Assembly: GCA_003215335.1 (NCBI GenBank)
Contig: QCKM01000003.1
Coordinates: forward strand, 1 to 32,000
DNA: 32,000 nucleotides
Origin: Prochlorococcus sp. AG-409-P01
GTDB taxonomy: Bacteria; Cyanobacteriota; Cyanobacteriia; PCC-6307; Cyanobiaceae
Reading direction: 5' to 3'
Positions 1-10,699 of this stretch are shown piece after piece (within the stretch, counting starts at the first letter, position 1; each line of letters begins with the position of its first letter). The notes beneath the pieces are model-generated. The model saw nothing but the letters and a program-made list of their open reading frames with translations, was not told the DNA's origin and ran no database searches. The translations under genes were made by a program, and so were the position numbers.

Positions 1-279
1 GCCGCCATAACCGCCGCCGCCTCGCCTAGGGGCACTCCCACGAGGCTCTGCTTTGTTAATACGCAAAGGGCGTCCCATTAATTCAGCACCTTGCAAAGCC
101 TCTATAGCAGAAGCTTCTAAAGCCTCATCTGCCATCTCAACAAATGCAAAGCCCCTTTTTCGACCTGTGTCTCTCTCAAGTGGAAGAGAACAGTTTGAGA
201 CCTCACCAAAAGGTGCAAACAATTCAATGACATCTTCCTGCTCAGCGCGGAAGGGCAAATTGCCGACGAAAATACTCAC
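1..279 (-). CDS. RRM-type RNA-binding protein with a glycine-rich C-terminus. The C-terminus runs off the left edge of the window.
   Basis: Hand translation of the reverse complement gives (GTG)SIFVGNLPFRAEQEDVIELFAPFGEVSNCSLPLERDTGRKRGFAFVEMADEALEASAIEALQGAELMGRPLRINKAEPRGSAPRRGGGGYGG, with no stop codon. RNP2 (IFVGNL) and RNP1 (RGFAFVEM) are both present. The GTG start at 277-279 is preceded by AAGGAAA. It is absent from the ORF track because it has a non-ATG start and is truncated. Confidence 0.9.
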   Translation of the reverse strand, partial: MSIFVGNLPFRAEQEDVIELFAPFGEVSNCSLPLERDTGRKRGFAFVEMADEALEASAIEALQGAELMGRPLRINKAEPRGSAPRRGGGGYGG

Positions 280-408
280 TTTCCTTGTGGACCGTTAATA
301 AATGGATCTATTGAACCAGAGTTTGCCATTAATGAATGACTAGGGAGAAATCCCTGTGACTCTGACTGAAACAGAGTAGACCCCCCGTAAACCTTTAGAT
401 CATGGTCG

Positions 409-1812
409 TCAAGAACCAAGACGTGTACGCCAATGAAGCAACTGTTCATCGACTCTTTCAAAAGCTGTGCCGCCTTCACTAATCCGCGCGGCCACAACTT
501 CTTTAGGAACCAATCTTTGAAATAGATCCTCTTCAATACAACTTTCAAAACCCTTCCATTGATCAAGGCTCAGATCTCTAAGCAAAATTCCATTGGTTAT
601 ACAGCTCTTTACAACCCGACCGACTAATTGGTAGGCATCTCGAAAAGGTATGCCCTTTGAAACCAAGTAATCAGCAACATCAGTTGCATTTGAGAAATCT
701 GAATCAACTGCCGATGCAAGAGTTTCAGTACAAAACTCAATTCCTTCCTCCAACAGAATCGACATTGCTTCCACAGAAGCTCTAGTGGTACCCACTGCAT
801 CAAAAAGGGCTTCTTTGTCTTCTTGAAAATCCTTGTTGTAAGCAAGTGGTAATCCCTTCATCATCGTGAGCAAGCCTTGCAAATGTCCAAACACTCGTCC
901 ACATTTTCCACGAACCAACTCAGGTAAATCAGGATTTTTCTTCTGAGGCATCAAACTGCTACCAGTTGCACAACGATCACTAAGACGAACAAAGGAAAAC
1001 TCTTCAGAAGCCCAAAGAATCACTTCTTCTGCTAGGCGACTTAAATGAACCATGACCAAAGAAGCTGCTGCAGTGAACTCAACAACAAAATCCCGATCAC
1101 TTACTGCATCCATGCTGTTTGCATAAATATCAGAAAATCCCAACAATAAAGCTGTTTTATGACGGTCAATTGGAACTGAAGTTCCAGCTAAAGCTGCCGC
1201 TCCAAGAGGCGAAAGATTTACACGAGTCCTGACATCCTGGAAGCGATCTCGATCTCTTTGCAACATCTCAATGTATGCAAGCAAATGATGTGCCAAACAA
1301 ACAGGCTGTGCTCTTTGCAGATGAGTGTATCCAGGGATGAGGGTTTGTCTATGAGCCTCAGCTTGAAGTAACAGAGCGTTTTGAAAACGTACCAATTCCA
1401 AGTCAAATTCATCTATTTGACGTCTTAACCACAACCTCAAATCAGTCCCAACCTGATCGTTTCTGCTACGACCAGTATGAAGTTTTTTTGCTACGGACCC
1501 AAGTAAAGCAATCAAACGCCTTTCAACAGCAAAATGAATATCTTCATCAGCCAAAGTTGGCTGGAATAATCCTTTAGCAGCTTCAGAGCGAATGACTTCC
1601 AAGCCATTTTGAATCTCTATGCCCTCTTCAGAAGTGATTACTCCACAATCAGAGAGCATCTGAGCATGGGCAATAGAGCAATCCAAATCTTCTTGTAAAA
1701 GATTGATGTCAAAGCCAATAGATGCATTAAATCTCTCAATCGAAGGGTGCAATCCCTGATCAAACCTGTCACTCCAGGCCTTGTCAGAACCACTTGTAAC
1801 CCCACCAGACAT
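409..1812 (-). CDS. argH: Argininosuccinate lyase
   Basis: 467 aa. It has the fumarate-lyase superfamily signature [12 protein letters not shown] and TGRSRNDQV, and is collinear with ArgH over its full length. Confidence 0.96.
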   Translation of the reverse strand: MSGGVTSGSDKAWSDRFDQGLHPSIERFNASIGFDINLLQEDLDCSIAHAQMLSDCGVITSEEGIEIQNGLEVIRSEAAKGLFQPTLADEDIHFAVERRLIALLGSVAKKLHTGRSRNDQVGTDLRLWLRRQIDEFDLELVRFQNALLLQAEAHRQTLIPGYTHLQRAQPVCLAHHLLAYIEMLQRDRDRFQDVRTRVNLSPLGAAALAGTSVPIDRHKTALLLGFSDIYANSMDAVSDRDFVVEFTAAASLVMVHLSRLAEEVILWASEEFSFVRLSDRCATGSSLMPQKKNPDLPELVRGKCGRVFGHLQGLLTMMKGLPLAYNKDFQEDKEALFDAVGTTRASVEAMSILLEEGIEFCTETLASAVDSDFSNATDVADYLVSKGIPFRDAYQLVGRVVKSCITNGILLRDLSLDQWKGFESCIEEDLFQRLVPKEVVAARISEGGTAFERVDEQLLHWRTRLGS

Positions 1813-1837
1813 CTAAAACTCCAATTCCTAATTCACT

Positions 1838-3247
1838 TCAAGCTAAAGAACTTGAAACAGAAGGAAGAGTAAGCCCATCCTTTACCTTTAATACAACCAT
1901 CGAAGCATCATCTTCTAATTGGTGATCATTGCCAACAAAACGATCTAATCGAGAAAACAGATTATCCAAAATCCCTTGGGCCCCTTCACCACTGCGAGAG
2001 GCTGATTCCAAAGCACGAATTAAACGAGCCTCCTCAAAACGAGTTCCAGTCATTCCCGGAGCTTCAGTAACACCATCGGTGTAATAAAGAAGTACATCTC
2101 CTGGTTCAAGAGGAACCTCATTAGAACCAAACTCGGCATCTGGCTGGAGGCCAATCAATAAGCCTGGAGCATCCAAACGACTTACACAACGTTGTTGCTC
2201 ACGCCATAAAAGAGGGGGATTGTGAGCAGCATTTGCATAACGCAATCGGCGAGTTCTTGGGTCAAAGTCGGAATAAAAAAGCGTTACAAACCTATGAGAT
2301 TGAGAAAAGTCCTCCTGAGCCAATTGATTTAAGTCATGAAGAATCCGATCTGGAGGCAGTCCACTCAAAACCTCTGCTCGCAACATTCCTCTCAACATCG
2401 TCATCAACAAACCAGCAGGAACACCTTTTCCCATTACATCTCCTATAACCAATGCCCATCGACCGCGTTCACGACGAGAACCGATCAAATCTGGACGCGT
2501 AGGCATGAAATCGTAATAATCACCGCCCACTTGAAAAGCAGGTCTACATCTTGCCGCTAAATCCACACCTTCAATGACTGGACAAGAATCAGGCAAAAGT
2601 TGTGCCTGAATTTCCGCACCAATACTGAGTTGCTGATCAAGTCGTTTATGCCTTCGAGAATCTTGAAGTAAGCCATCATTCTCTATTGCGATAGCGATTA
2701 AATCTGCAACAAATTGAATATGACGTCGATGTATGTCACTCCAAGCAAGTGCGCCTCTCGGATCAAAAACATATAAACGTCCACGATGTCTACCACGAGA
2801 GACTATCGAAGTTGCAAAAAGTCCTGCACCATTTAATTGACGTTGAACCAAACCATCCAAAGCAAGAATTTGACTATCATCGAAACCAAATCCAATGCTT
2901 TTCCCAGGCTCAAATGCAGCCACCTTCCTTATCAACTCTTGAGACTGATTAGCTGGAATTGACTGAAGATTATCCCTCCACAAACGCCCATCAGGTTGAA
3001 AAGGAACCAGCAAAGCACCCTCAACCCCGACTAATCTGGCCGCAACAACTGGCATCAGCTCCAAAAAGCGATGCAAATTAGTGAAACTCCTCAGTGCAAA
3101 ACCTAAAGAAACCAATAATTCTTGATTTCTTCGCTGCTCTTTAGACAAACTCTCCATCAATTCGCGCAACGATGCAGATGGCGAAAGAGATGAGGGAATA
3201 TCCCTAAGTGATGGGGTTGGATGTCGCCTTGGTGGTTTGCTGCTCAC
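1838..3247 (-). CDS. GAF-domain PP2C/SpoIIE-type serine phosphatase (RsbU-like)
   Basis: 469 aa with a GTG start. The N-terminal GAF-like region ends in FVADLIAIAIENDGLL. The C-terminal PP2C region carries GGDYYDF, VIGDVMGKGVPAGLLM and LLYYTDGVTEA. Confidence 0.88.
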   Translation of the reverse strand: MSSKPPRRHPTPSLRDIPSSLSPSASLRELMESLSKEQRRNQELLVSLGFALRSFTNLHRFLELMPVVAARLVGVEGALLVPFQPDGRLWRDNLQSIPANQSQELIRKVAAFEPGKSIGFGFDDSQILALDGLVQRQLNGAGLFATSIVSRGRHRGRLYVFDPRGALAWSDIHRRHIQFVADLIAIAIENDGLLQDSRRHKRLDQQLSIGAEIQAQLLPDSCPVIEGVDLAARCRPAFQVGGDYYDFMPTRPDLIGSRRERGRWALVIGDVMGKGVPAGLLMTMLRGMLRAEVLSGLPPDRILHDLNQLAQEDFSQSHRFVTLFYSDFDPRTRRLRYANAAHNPPLLWREQQRCVSRLDAPGLLIGLQPDAEFGSNEVPLEPGDVLLYYTDGVTEAPGMTGTRFEEARLIRALESASRSGEGAQGILDNLFSRLDRFVGNDHQLEDDASMVVLKVKDGLTLPSVSSSLA

Positions 3248-3303
3248 GGCATCACCAAAGCAGAGCTAAAAAACTAGCAAAAGATTCATCAAAAAGCCTC
3301 ACA

Positions 3304-4689
3304 TCAACGCTTAGCAAGAAGAGCTTCTACAAACTCAAAGCTTTTAAAAGGTCTTAAATCACGTATGCCTTCTCCAGCTCCAATAAAACGAATGGGTAAT
3401 TTGGCCTCAGAAGCCACCGCTAAAGCAACGCCACCTCTTGAACTTCCATCAAGTTTAGTAATAACGACTCCTGTTAAAGCTGCAGCCTCTCCAAAAGCTA
3501 AAGCTTGCCTTAAGCCATTTTGACCCTGACTAGCATCAAGAACCAACAAAGATTCAACTTTTGCTTCAGGAGCTAAGCGATCAATGATTCGTCGAACTTT
3601 TTGTAATTCTTCCATCAAGTTATGTTTGGTTTGTAATCGACCAGCAGTATCCACTAAGAGCAAATCATTATTTTTAGATTTAGCCGCACCAATTGCATCA
3701 AAAACAACAGCTGCTGGATCTGCATTAGCAGAAGAATTGGCAACAACTTGAACCCCGCTCCTATCACCCCAAATCTGAACTTGATCAATGGCCGCAGCCC
3801 TAAAAGTATCTGCAGCTGCAATCAAAGGAGAATAACCACTCCTTACAGCAAGGTTTGCCAATTTCCCAAGAGTTGTTGTTTTCCCAACCCCATTAACCCC
3901 TACAAGCAGCCAAACATTAAGACGTCCTTTTTCAGGAATTAAAGCATCGACACCGCTTTCTTTAATTGGATTCTCAATAAGATTGCAAAGCTGTTCTTTT
4001 AAAAAACGAAGACCCTCTTCTGGTCCAACAACTTCCTCATTTAATCTTCTTCGCAAAACATCTAACACCTGATCAGTTGCAGTAACTCCAGCATCCGCTC
4101 TCAAAAGCAGTGTCTCCAAATCATCAAGAATTTCTGGAGTAAGTGGGTCGTCTCCAAGATTCTCTAATAAACCAGCTACAAAATTCTTTCTTGTCTTTTC
4201 AAGGCCGCGTCTTAGACGACCCAGCCAATCAATATCATCTATAGAAATTTCTTCTGCTTCTTTGCCTTGAGCCGCCAAAACCTCTGCTGACCAAGTAAAA
4301 GTTTCATCAAAATCTCCTAAAACTGGTTCATCAACTGAGGCATCACTCTCAATCGATTCTGTAGAAGAATCCAAGGCACCGTCTACTACTTTGACAGAAG
4401 AAGCCGATTCTCTAACATCACTTCTGGTTTGCGAAGAAGCAGTAATTAATCGATCTTCATTGTCAGGTAAAGACTCATCTTGATTAAGTGGAACATCAGC
4501 AGAGTCTTCTGTAGAGGAATTTAAATCTGTAGAAGATCGATCAATTAAAGATTCTGAAGTCTTTTGACTTTGCTGTTGTTGCTTGAGAGCTTCATAAGCT
4601 TTGCGAGCCCATTCAAGAGAATCTTCTGTCTGATCTCCAGAGTTTTTAGAAGAGTCATTCACGTCAACTTTTAATCCTTGATGATCCAT
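3304..4689 (-). CDS. ftsY: Signal recognition particle receptor FtsY
   Basis: 461 aa. A long acidic, Ser-rich N-terminal A-domain is followed by an NG domain with GVNGVGKTTTLGKLA (G1), DTAGR (G3) and TKLDG (G4). Confidence 0.96.
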   Translation of the reverse strand: MDHQGLKVDVNDSSKNSGDQTEDSLEWARKAYEALKQQQQSQKTSESLIDRSSTDLNSSTEDSADVPLNQDESLPDNEDRLITASSQTRSDVRESASSVKVVDGALDSSTESIESDASVDEPVLGDFDETFTWSAEVLAAQGKEAEEISIDDIDWLGRLRRGLEKTRKNFVAGLLENLGDDPLTPEILDDLETLLLRADAGVTATDQVLDVLRRRLNEEVVGPEEGLRFLKEQLCNLIENPIKESGVDALIPEKGRLNVWLLVGVNGVGKTTTLGKLANLAVRSGYSPLIAAADTFRAAAIDQVQIWGDRSGVQVVANSSANADPAAVVFDAIGAAKSKNNDLLLVDTAGRLQTKHNLMEELQKVRRIIDRLAPEAKVESLLVLDASQGQNGLRQALAFGEAAALTGVVITKLDGSSRGGVALAVASEAKLPIRFIGAGEGIRDLRPFKSFEFVEALLAKR

Positions 4690-4691
4690 TA

Positions 4692-5327
4692 TTAATTAAT
4701 AGGTCTCGAAGAAGCGTCTTGAAGACGACGCAAAACACCATTAATCATGCGCCGACCTTGATCATCGCTATATCTATGGGCAAGTTCCACAGCTTCATTA
4801 CAAGCAACTGCTGCTGGTGTGTTGAGATCAATCAAATCAACCACCGCAAGCCTCAAAATATCCCTATCAATACGTGGCAAGCGTCGTAACCGCCATCCTT
4901 CCATAACTCCGTCAAGGCGAGAATCAATGCTATCGCGTTTCTCAATAACTAAAGCAGCTCTATTTATTGCCCCCTTTCGAACCTCTTCCTGATCTCTTAA
5001 AAACAACAAGTGAGATATTTCTAGGCTGGTTGAAAGATTATTCAAGACTTCTTGTGCTCTGATCAAACCCGAACGCAAATGTTCTTTAACAAGAAGATTA
5101 GAATTACCTTTTGGAATAGCTGATTCACTATCAATTAAATTCTGATTGGCATTCTCCAATTCACTAGCAATATCATCTAAACCTTCTCTCCAATATTGCA
5201 TCAAACCATCTAAAACCTTTTGCATCAAAGTTTCAAGTGAAATTGTTTGCAAATCCTGCGAATCACCTTCAGGTATCTGACCCAATGCCAAAAGAGCCAA
5301 TTCTCTAGAAAGCGATCTTGACTGCAT
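4692..5327 (-). CDS. nusB: Transcription antitermination factor NusB
   Basis: 211 aa. It has the NusB C-terminal signature NEAVELAHRYSDDQGRRMINGVLRRL. Its stop lies 2 nt from the ftsY start, which suggests an operon. Confidence 0.92.
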   Translation of the reverse strand: MQSRSLSRELALLALGQIPEGDSQDLQTISLETLMQKVLDGLMQYWREGLDDIASELENANQNLIDSESAIPKGNSNLLVKEHLRSGLIRAQEVLNNLSTSLEISHLLFLRDQEEVRKGAINRAALVIEKRDSIDSRLDGVMEGWRLRRLPRIDRDILRLAVVDLIDLNTPAAVACNEAVELAHRYSDDQGRRMINGVLRRLQDASSRPIN

Positions 5328-5354
5328 TAATAAACCAAAGAAACAAACAATATC

Positions 5355-6104
5355 TCAAGTTTGAGTAGAAGTAGATGATGGTGCTGCAGTTGGACGAAGC
5401 TGATTAATCAGGCTTGAAAAACTACGATCTACAGGCACTTCTTGTTCATCAGGATTCACAATCCCAGCAGAAATTATTGTTCTAAAAGCCTCTTCAACAG
5501 TTATGTTCAAATCACGCACAGAAGCTTCTGGAACCAAGGTATACCAACCTGTTGTTGGATTAGGTGCTGTAGGAATAAACACACTCAAAAGAGGCTGATC
5601 CAATTCTGGTTGAAGCGAAGGCCCAACTAAACCAGTTACAAAACCAACACTGAACAATCCTTCTCGAGGGTATTCAACCAAAACAACACGTCTAAAACGC
5701 TTTGAGTTACCCTGCAAAAAAGTCTCCAACAACTGCTTCAAAGTCTTATAAACAGATCCTGCCAAAGGGATACGAGAAAGAGTCCCTTCTCCAAACTCAA
5801 GCAGCCATCGACCAACAATATTACGAGCCATTAGACCAATCAACAGAATGCCCAATAGAGGCACTGTCAATCCCAAAGCAAGATTGATCAAATCTTGCAA
5901 TAAAGGATTGAGAGTAATAAAAGGGTTTAACTGCTTCGGAATAGAAGTAAGAAACGCCAGGACAAAACGACTCACAATCGTGGACAGCCAAATCGTTGTG
6001 GCCAATGGAATGACCACCAACAAACCTGCAATGAGATCATTCTTGAGATCCTGCTGAAGCCTAGAAGTCAGCGAAAGATCTGTTTTGGGACTGGACTGCA
6101 CCAA
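5355..6104 (-). CDS. DUF502-family integral membrane protein
   Basis: 249 aa. Two N-terminal hydrophobic helices are followed by the conserved VGFVTG and IPTAPNPTTGW motifs typical of DUF502. The start is uncertain: TTG at 6104 or GTG at 6101. Confidence 0.85.
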   Translation of the reverse strand: MVQSSPKTDLSLTSRLQQDLKNDLIAGLLVVIPLATTIWLSTIVSRFVLAFLTSIPKQLNPFITLNPLLQDLINLALGLTVPLLGILLIGLMARNIVGRWLLEFGEGTLSRIPLAGSVYKTLKQLLETFLQGNSKRFRRVVLVEYPREGLFSVGFVTGLVGPSLQPELDQPLLSVFIPTAPNPTTGWYTLVPEASVRDLNITVEEAFRTIISAGIVNPDEQEVPVDRSFSSLINQLRPTAAPSSTSTQT

Positions 6105-6274
6105 GAAGAGTCCGACACCAAAGGACTACTGTATTTCCTAAATTAACAAGTAGAAAAGATCTCTGCAGAGGATTTAAAGAAGGAGTGTGAAACCTAGCAA
6201 CAAAAAAACCAGTCAAAAACTCGAAAGAATAATGGCTACATACCAAAAACCAAATCCAATTTAGTTTATTCGTT

Positions 6275-7255
6275 GTGACCACAAGACTCACGACCCAAGA
6301 TGAATTAAGCCAAGAGCTAAAGCAACAAGCTTTGCATCAAGGGTTTAATCCAGTAGGCATAGCCAGTATTCCTGGCAGCAAAAGGCTAAGGCTGCGAACA
6401 AAAGCATTACAAAGATGGCTTCAAGCAGGGCATCAAGCTGACATGGACTGGATGAAAGCCCCACGCAGGAAAGATATACAGCAACTATTAGAAGGAGCAA
6501 ACAGCGTTCTTGCTGTAGGACTGAATTACTACGTAGATGCCAAAACAACACCTGGGTGTCTTTCAATCGCTCGATATGGCTGGGGAAAGGATTACCACAA
6601 AATAGTAGAAAAACGACTCAAAAAAATCGGAAGTTGGCTCAAAAAACAACGTCCTGAAAGTCACTGGAAAATCTGCGTAGATAGCTCTCCACTACTCGAA
6701 AAAGCCTGGGCAGAAGAAGCTGGAATTGGTTGGATAGGAAAACACAGCAATTTGATTCATCAGAAGCAAGGCTCTTGGATGGTTATTGGACATCTTTTAT
6801 CTACCGAGCCACTAACAGCTGATAAGCCTGCAGAGACGCTATGTGGCACCTGTGAAGAGTGCTTAAACGCTTGTCCAACAAAAGCAATCAAAGAGCCCTT
6901 TGTAGTGGATTCAAGGCAATGTATCGCTTATCACACTATTGAAAACAGAAATCCTGAACTACCAAAAGAAATTCAGAAAGCAATTGGAACATGGGTGGCT
7001 GGTTGCGATATTTGCCAAGATGTATGTCCGTGGAACCAAAAACCTCTTCAAAGCACCAAAGATCCAGAGCTTCTTCCAGGAGAATGGATTACAACATTGA
7101 CCAAAGAACAAGCGCTTGAATGGGATGACGAAGAATGGCAACTAAAATTAAAAAACTCCGCACTAAAAAGAATCAAGCCATGGATGTGGCGCAGAAATGC
7201 GTCATTCATTGAACCTAAAAAACAAACTATTCTTAAAAACACAAAAAAAGCATGA
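6275..7255 (+). CDS. queG: Epoxyqueuosine reductase (tRNA queuosine biosynthesis)
   Basis: 326 aa with a GTG start. It has the two ferredoxin-type Cys clusters CGTCEECLNACP and CDICQDVCPWN, plus an N-terminal DMDWM region, as in QueG. Confidence 0.9.
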   Translation: MTTRLTTQDELSQELKQQALHQGFNPVGIASIPGSKRLRLRTKALQRWLQAGHQADMDWMKAPRRKDIQQLLEGANSVLAVGLNYYVDAKTTPGCLSIARYGWGKDYHKIVEKRLKKIGSWLKKQRPESHWKICVDSSPLLEKAWAEEAGIGWIGKHSNLIHQKQGSWMVIGHLLSTEPLTADKPAETLCGTCEECLNACPTKAIKEPFVVDSRQCIAYHTIENRNPELPKEIQKAIGTWVAGCDICQDVCPWNQKPLQSTKDPELLPGEWITTLTKEQALEWDDEEWQLKLKNSALKRIKPWMWRRNASFIEPKKQTILKNTKKA

Positions 7256-8145
7256 GGTTTTGGAAACAACCAATCACAGCAACTGCACGATGCCTTCTTT
7301 TGAGTTCAGCATTAGCAGCAATATCGTTAGGAATTCCAGTCAATGCCTTGACTCCTTATGTTTATGAACCAACAGCTAAAGAATTAAAAGATGCAAGCAT
7401 AAAAGTTGGTTACACAGCAGCACAATTAATAAAATTAGGACAACCAAAAGAAGCTGCCCGTGTTGCAGCATTAGCCGTTCGCCTAGAACCAAATAATGAT
7501 TATCTTTGGTCAATTCTTGCAGAAGCTCAAATTAGAAATAAAGAACTTGAGAAAGCAAGCATATCTCTCGCAAAAGCAAAAAGAATAAATCCCAAAAAAG
7601 CAAGTCTTTGGTTCGCAGAAGCTTCTCTAGCACTGATTCAAAAAAAACCAAATAAAGCAATACAGCTATTAAAAGAAGGAATAAACTTAGAACCAAAAAA
7701 CCCAAATGCATACTTTCACTTAGGCAACGCTAGAGTAATGCAAATAGAACTTTCACTAGCGCTCAAAGCATTTGAAAAAGCTTTTTCTTTAAAACCAACT
7801 TTCTGGGAAGCATTAAATAATAAAGGACTAGTTTTATTCGAACTCGATCAAGTACAAAAAGCCATTGAAAGTTGGAGAAAGGTACTAGAAATTAAAGAGA
7901 ACGCCGAGCCAATGCTTGCTTTAGCCGCTGCTTTAAATATGACAAATCCTGACAACTCTGAATCCCTACAACTTTCAAAAGAAGCTCTTATTAAAGATCC
8001 AAACTATGTCACTACTGAACACCAAAAAGAACAACTCTGGGGAATCAAGCTTCGAAAAGCAACAAAAACACTACTATCCAGCCCTAAACTCCAATCGGCC
8101 GTTGAACGTGCCTCTGCAAATTCTGATGTAAAAAGTGGCAGCTAA
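7252..8145 (+). CDS. Secreted or periplasmic TPR-repeat protein
   Basis: 297 aa. The N-terminal signal-like segment is CLLLSSALAAISLGIPVNA. Repeated 34-aa TPR units are present (for example AYFHLGNARVMQIELSLALKAFEKAFSLKP). The ATG overlaps the queG stop as ATGA, giving a 4-nt overlap. Confidence 0.85.
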   Translation: MRFWKQPITATARCLLLSSALAAISLGIPVNALTPYVYEPTAKELKDASIKVGYTAAQLIKLGQPKEAARVAALAVRLEPNNDYLWSILAEAQIRNKELEKASISLAKAKRINPKKASLWFAEASLALIQKKPNKAIQLLKEGINLEPKNPNAYFHLGNARVMQIELSLALKAFEKAFSLKPTFWEALNNKGLVLFELDQVQKAIESWRKVLEIKENAEPMLALAAALNMTNPDNSESLQLSKEALIKDPNYVTTEHQKEQLWGIKLRKATKTLLSSPKLQSAVERASANSDVKSGS

Positions 8146-8215
8146 GCATCAGAGCTGTTATCTAAAGACTAAATCTGTAGGCTATGCGACTTCCAGCCTC
8201 TAATCCCATACCTGG

Positions 8216-10696
8216 ATGAACGAGGAGCGCCTGCAACCTATTTCGCTGCATCAAGAGATGCAGCGCTCTTATCTCGAATACGCGATGAGCGTAATCGTTG
8301 GAAGAGCATTGCCAGACGCAAGAGATGGTTTAAAGCCAGTTCAGCGTCGCATTTTATTTGCAATGCATGAATTAGGTCTCACTCCAGATCGTCCATATCG
8401 AAAATGCGCACGGGTCGTAGGAGATGTTCTTGGCAAATACCACCCACATGGAGATCAAGCTGTTTATGACGCTTTAGTTCGCTTAGTACAGCTTTTTTCT
8501 AGTCGATATCCAGTTTTAGACGGACACGGAAACTTTGGATCAGTAGATGATGACCCGCCAGCCGCAATGCGTTACACAGAAACGCGTTTGGCTCAAATAG
8601 CTCATGATGCAATATTGAATGAGATCAACAACGACACTGTTGATTTTGCTCCTAATTTTGACGGGTCTCAACAAGAACCAACCGTTTTACCAACTCAATT
8701 ACCATTTCTGCTCCTGAATGGTTGCTCGGGCATTGCAGTAGGAATGGCAACAAGTATTCCTCCACACAATCTTAATGAAATTGTGGATGGACTCATCGCC
8801 TTAATTAGAAAACCAAATCTTTCTGATGAAAAATTAATAAATATCATCCCAGGTCCAGATTTTCCTACTGGAGGAGAAGTACTAATCGGCAGTGGTGTCC
8901 GTGAAACATATCTAAAAGGTAGAGGAAGTCTTCCAATGCGCGGTGTGGCGCATATAGAAGAAATCCAACCAGGTAAAGGGCGCCACAAACGAAATGCAGT
9001 TGTAGTTACAGAATTGCCTTATCAGTTAAGCAAAGCTGGATGGATAGAAAAACTCGCAGATCTTGTAAATGAAAGCAAAATCGGAAGTATTGCTGATATT
9101 CGTGATGAAAGTGATCGCGAAGGAATGAGGATAGTTGTAGAACTTAAGAGAGATGCCAATGCAGAAGAAGTGCTAAGAACTCTACAAAGAAGAACATCAT
9201 TCCAGAGCAATTTTGGGGCAATTTTACTTGCACTTGTAGACGGACAACCAAAACAATTATCACTTAAAGAGTTACTTGAACAATTTATCAATTACAGAGA
9301 ATTAACAGTCATCCGAAGAACTAAACATGCACTGAACAAAACTCAAGAAAGACTTGAAATAGTAAAGGGATTAACCATCGCATTAAATTCTCTTAGGAAT
9401 GTTATTGAGATGTTAGAAAAGGCAGCTGACGCATCTTCAGCGAAAGCCGCTTTAATAATTAATTTGAGCCTTAACGAGAAACAAGCCGATGCTGTCCTCT
9501 CAATGCCCTTGAGAAGATTAACAAATCTAGAACAAAATAATCTCAAAAAAGAGGCTGATGATCTTGAGACAAAAAGAAAGAATCTCACATCTCTTCTAAA
9601 CAATAGAGAATATCTATTAGAAGAAATCATCAAAGAGCTGAAAAGTCTTAAAAAACGTTTTGGAAATCCACGGCGAACACGACTTATTGAAGGTGGTGAT
9701 GAATTAGTCGCTGAACGCGCAGCAAGCCAAAGACCCAATGCAGAATTACAACGTCAACAAGCTTTTGCTGCTTTACCTAACGAAGCTAAAATACTCATAC
9801 AACAAGATAATCAAGTTAAAATTATCAGTCGGCAAGTATTAGGAAGACTACATCTTGATTCAGAATGCGAATTAGGAGACGAACCATCGCCTGCAAGATT
9901 AATATTGCCGATACGAAAAAATCCTAGAATCCTAGGTGTGGCTAACAATGGAAGAATAGGAATAGTGAGATGGGAATTTGCCGGACAACAACCAGGATCT
10001 CTTACAAAATTCCTACCAGGTGGTCTAGAAGGAGAAGAAATAACAGCTCTAATCCCTCTCCCTAAGAAAAAAAATCAAAGTCTTTGCTTGATAAGCAGTG
10101 ATGGAAGAGTTAAACGCTTACCACTGGAAGAAATACTAGAACTTTCGGGTCGAGCCGCATCCATAGTGAAACTTAAAGATGGAGTTATTTTGACTGAAGC
10201 ACTTATATGCGAAGAGAATGGTTCAGTTCTGATTGTTAGCGACATTGGAAGAGTACTTAAGCTTCCAATAGTCGAAGACGAACTACCTTTAATGGGCAAA
10301 TTAGCTCAGGGACCAATTGGAATGCGTCTATTCCCTGGAGAAAAAATAGCGGGAGCAATTAGCGTCTCATCAAATTCAGATGAAAATTTAGTTTTAGTAA
10401 ATCATTCAGGCATAATAACGACTATAAAAGCATCATCAATAAGACTTTGTAGACGAGGAGATTTAGGTGATGCCTGTGTCGAATTACAAGATAAAAAAAA
10501 CAAAAAAGATAGAGTATTAAATGTATGTAACAGCAAAAATTTAATTGGAGTGATTACTAGTCAAGGGAGAGTTGGAAGAATGAGAAATACATTGACAGAG
10601 AAAGATGGTTTAGAAATGAAGCAATTAAACTTAAAACTGAAAGAGAATGAAACTATCAAAGATATTATTCCACTTGTACTAGATGAAGAAGACTGA
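8216..10696 (+). CDS. Type IIA topoisomerase A subunit (DNA gyrase/topoisomerase IV subunit A paralog)
   Basis: 826 aa. The GyrA/ParC N-terminal domain has GKYHPHGD and the catalytic-Tyr motif AAMRYTE (Tyr codon at 8573-8575). The C-terminal beta-pinwheel-like region is divergent. Confidence 0.93.
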   Translation: MNEERLQPISLHQEMQRSYLEYAMSVIVGRALPDARDGLKPVQRRILFAMHELGLTPDRPYRKCARVVGDVLGKYHPHGDQAVYDALVRLVQLFSSRYPVLDGHGNFGSVDDDPPAAMRYTETRLAQIAHDAILNEINNDTVDFAPNFDGSQQEPTVLPTQLPFLLLNGCSGIAVGMATSIPPHNLNEIVDGLIALIRKPNLSDEKLINIIPGPDFPTGGEVLIGSGVRETYLKGRGSLPMRGVAHIEEIQPGKGRHKRNAVVVTELPYQLSKAGWIEKLADLVNESKIGSIADIRDESDREGMRIVVELKRDANAEEVLRTLQRRTSFQSNFGAILLALVDGQPKQLSLKELLEQFINYRELTVIRRTKHALNKTQERLEIVKGLTIALNSLRNVIEMLEKAADASSAKAALIINLSLNEKQADAVLSMPLRRLTNLEQNNLKKEADDLETKRKNLTSLLNNREYLLEEIIKELKSLKKRFGNPRRTRLIEGGDELVAERAASQRPNAELQRQQAFAALPNEAKILIQQDNQVKIISRQVLGRLHLDSECELGDEPSPARLILPIRKNPRILGVANNGRIGIVRWEFAGQQPGSLTKFLPGGLEGEEITALIPLPKKKNQSLCLISSDGRVKRLPLEEILELSGRAASIVKLKDGVILTEALICEENGSVLIVSDIGRVLKLPIVEDELPLMGKLAQGPIGMRLFPGEKIAGAISVSSNSDENLVLVNHSGIITTIKASSIRLCRRGDLGDACVELQDKKNKKDRVLNVCNSKNLIGVITSQGRVGRMRNTLTEKDGLEMKQLNLKLKENETIKDIIPLVLDEED

Positions 10697-10699
10697 AGA

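Noticed and set aside
342-355. A small hairpin, AGGGA-gaaa-TCCCT, downstream of argH, considered as a terminator.
   Set aside because: It has only 5 bp and no U-tract, which is too weak to call.
53-566. Track ORFs 53..298 (+) and 276..566 (-).
   Set aside because: The first is antisense to the well-supported RRM gene. The second overlaps the argH 3' end and the intergenic region in another frame. Neither has any motif.
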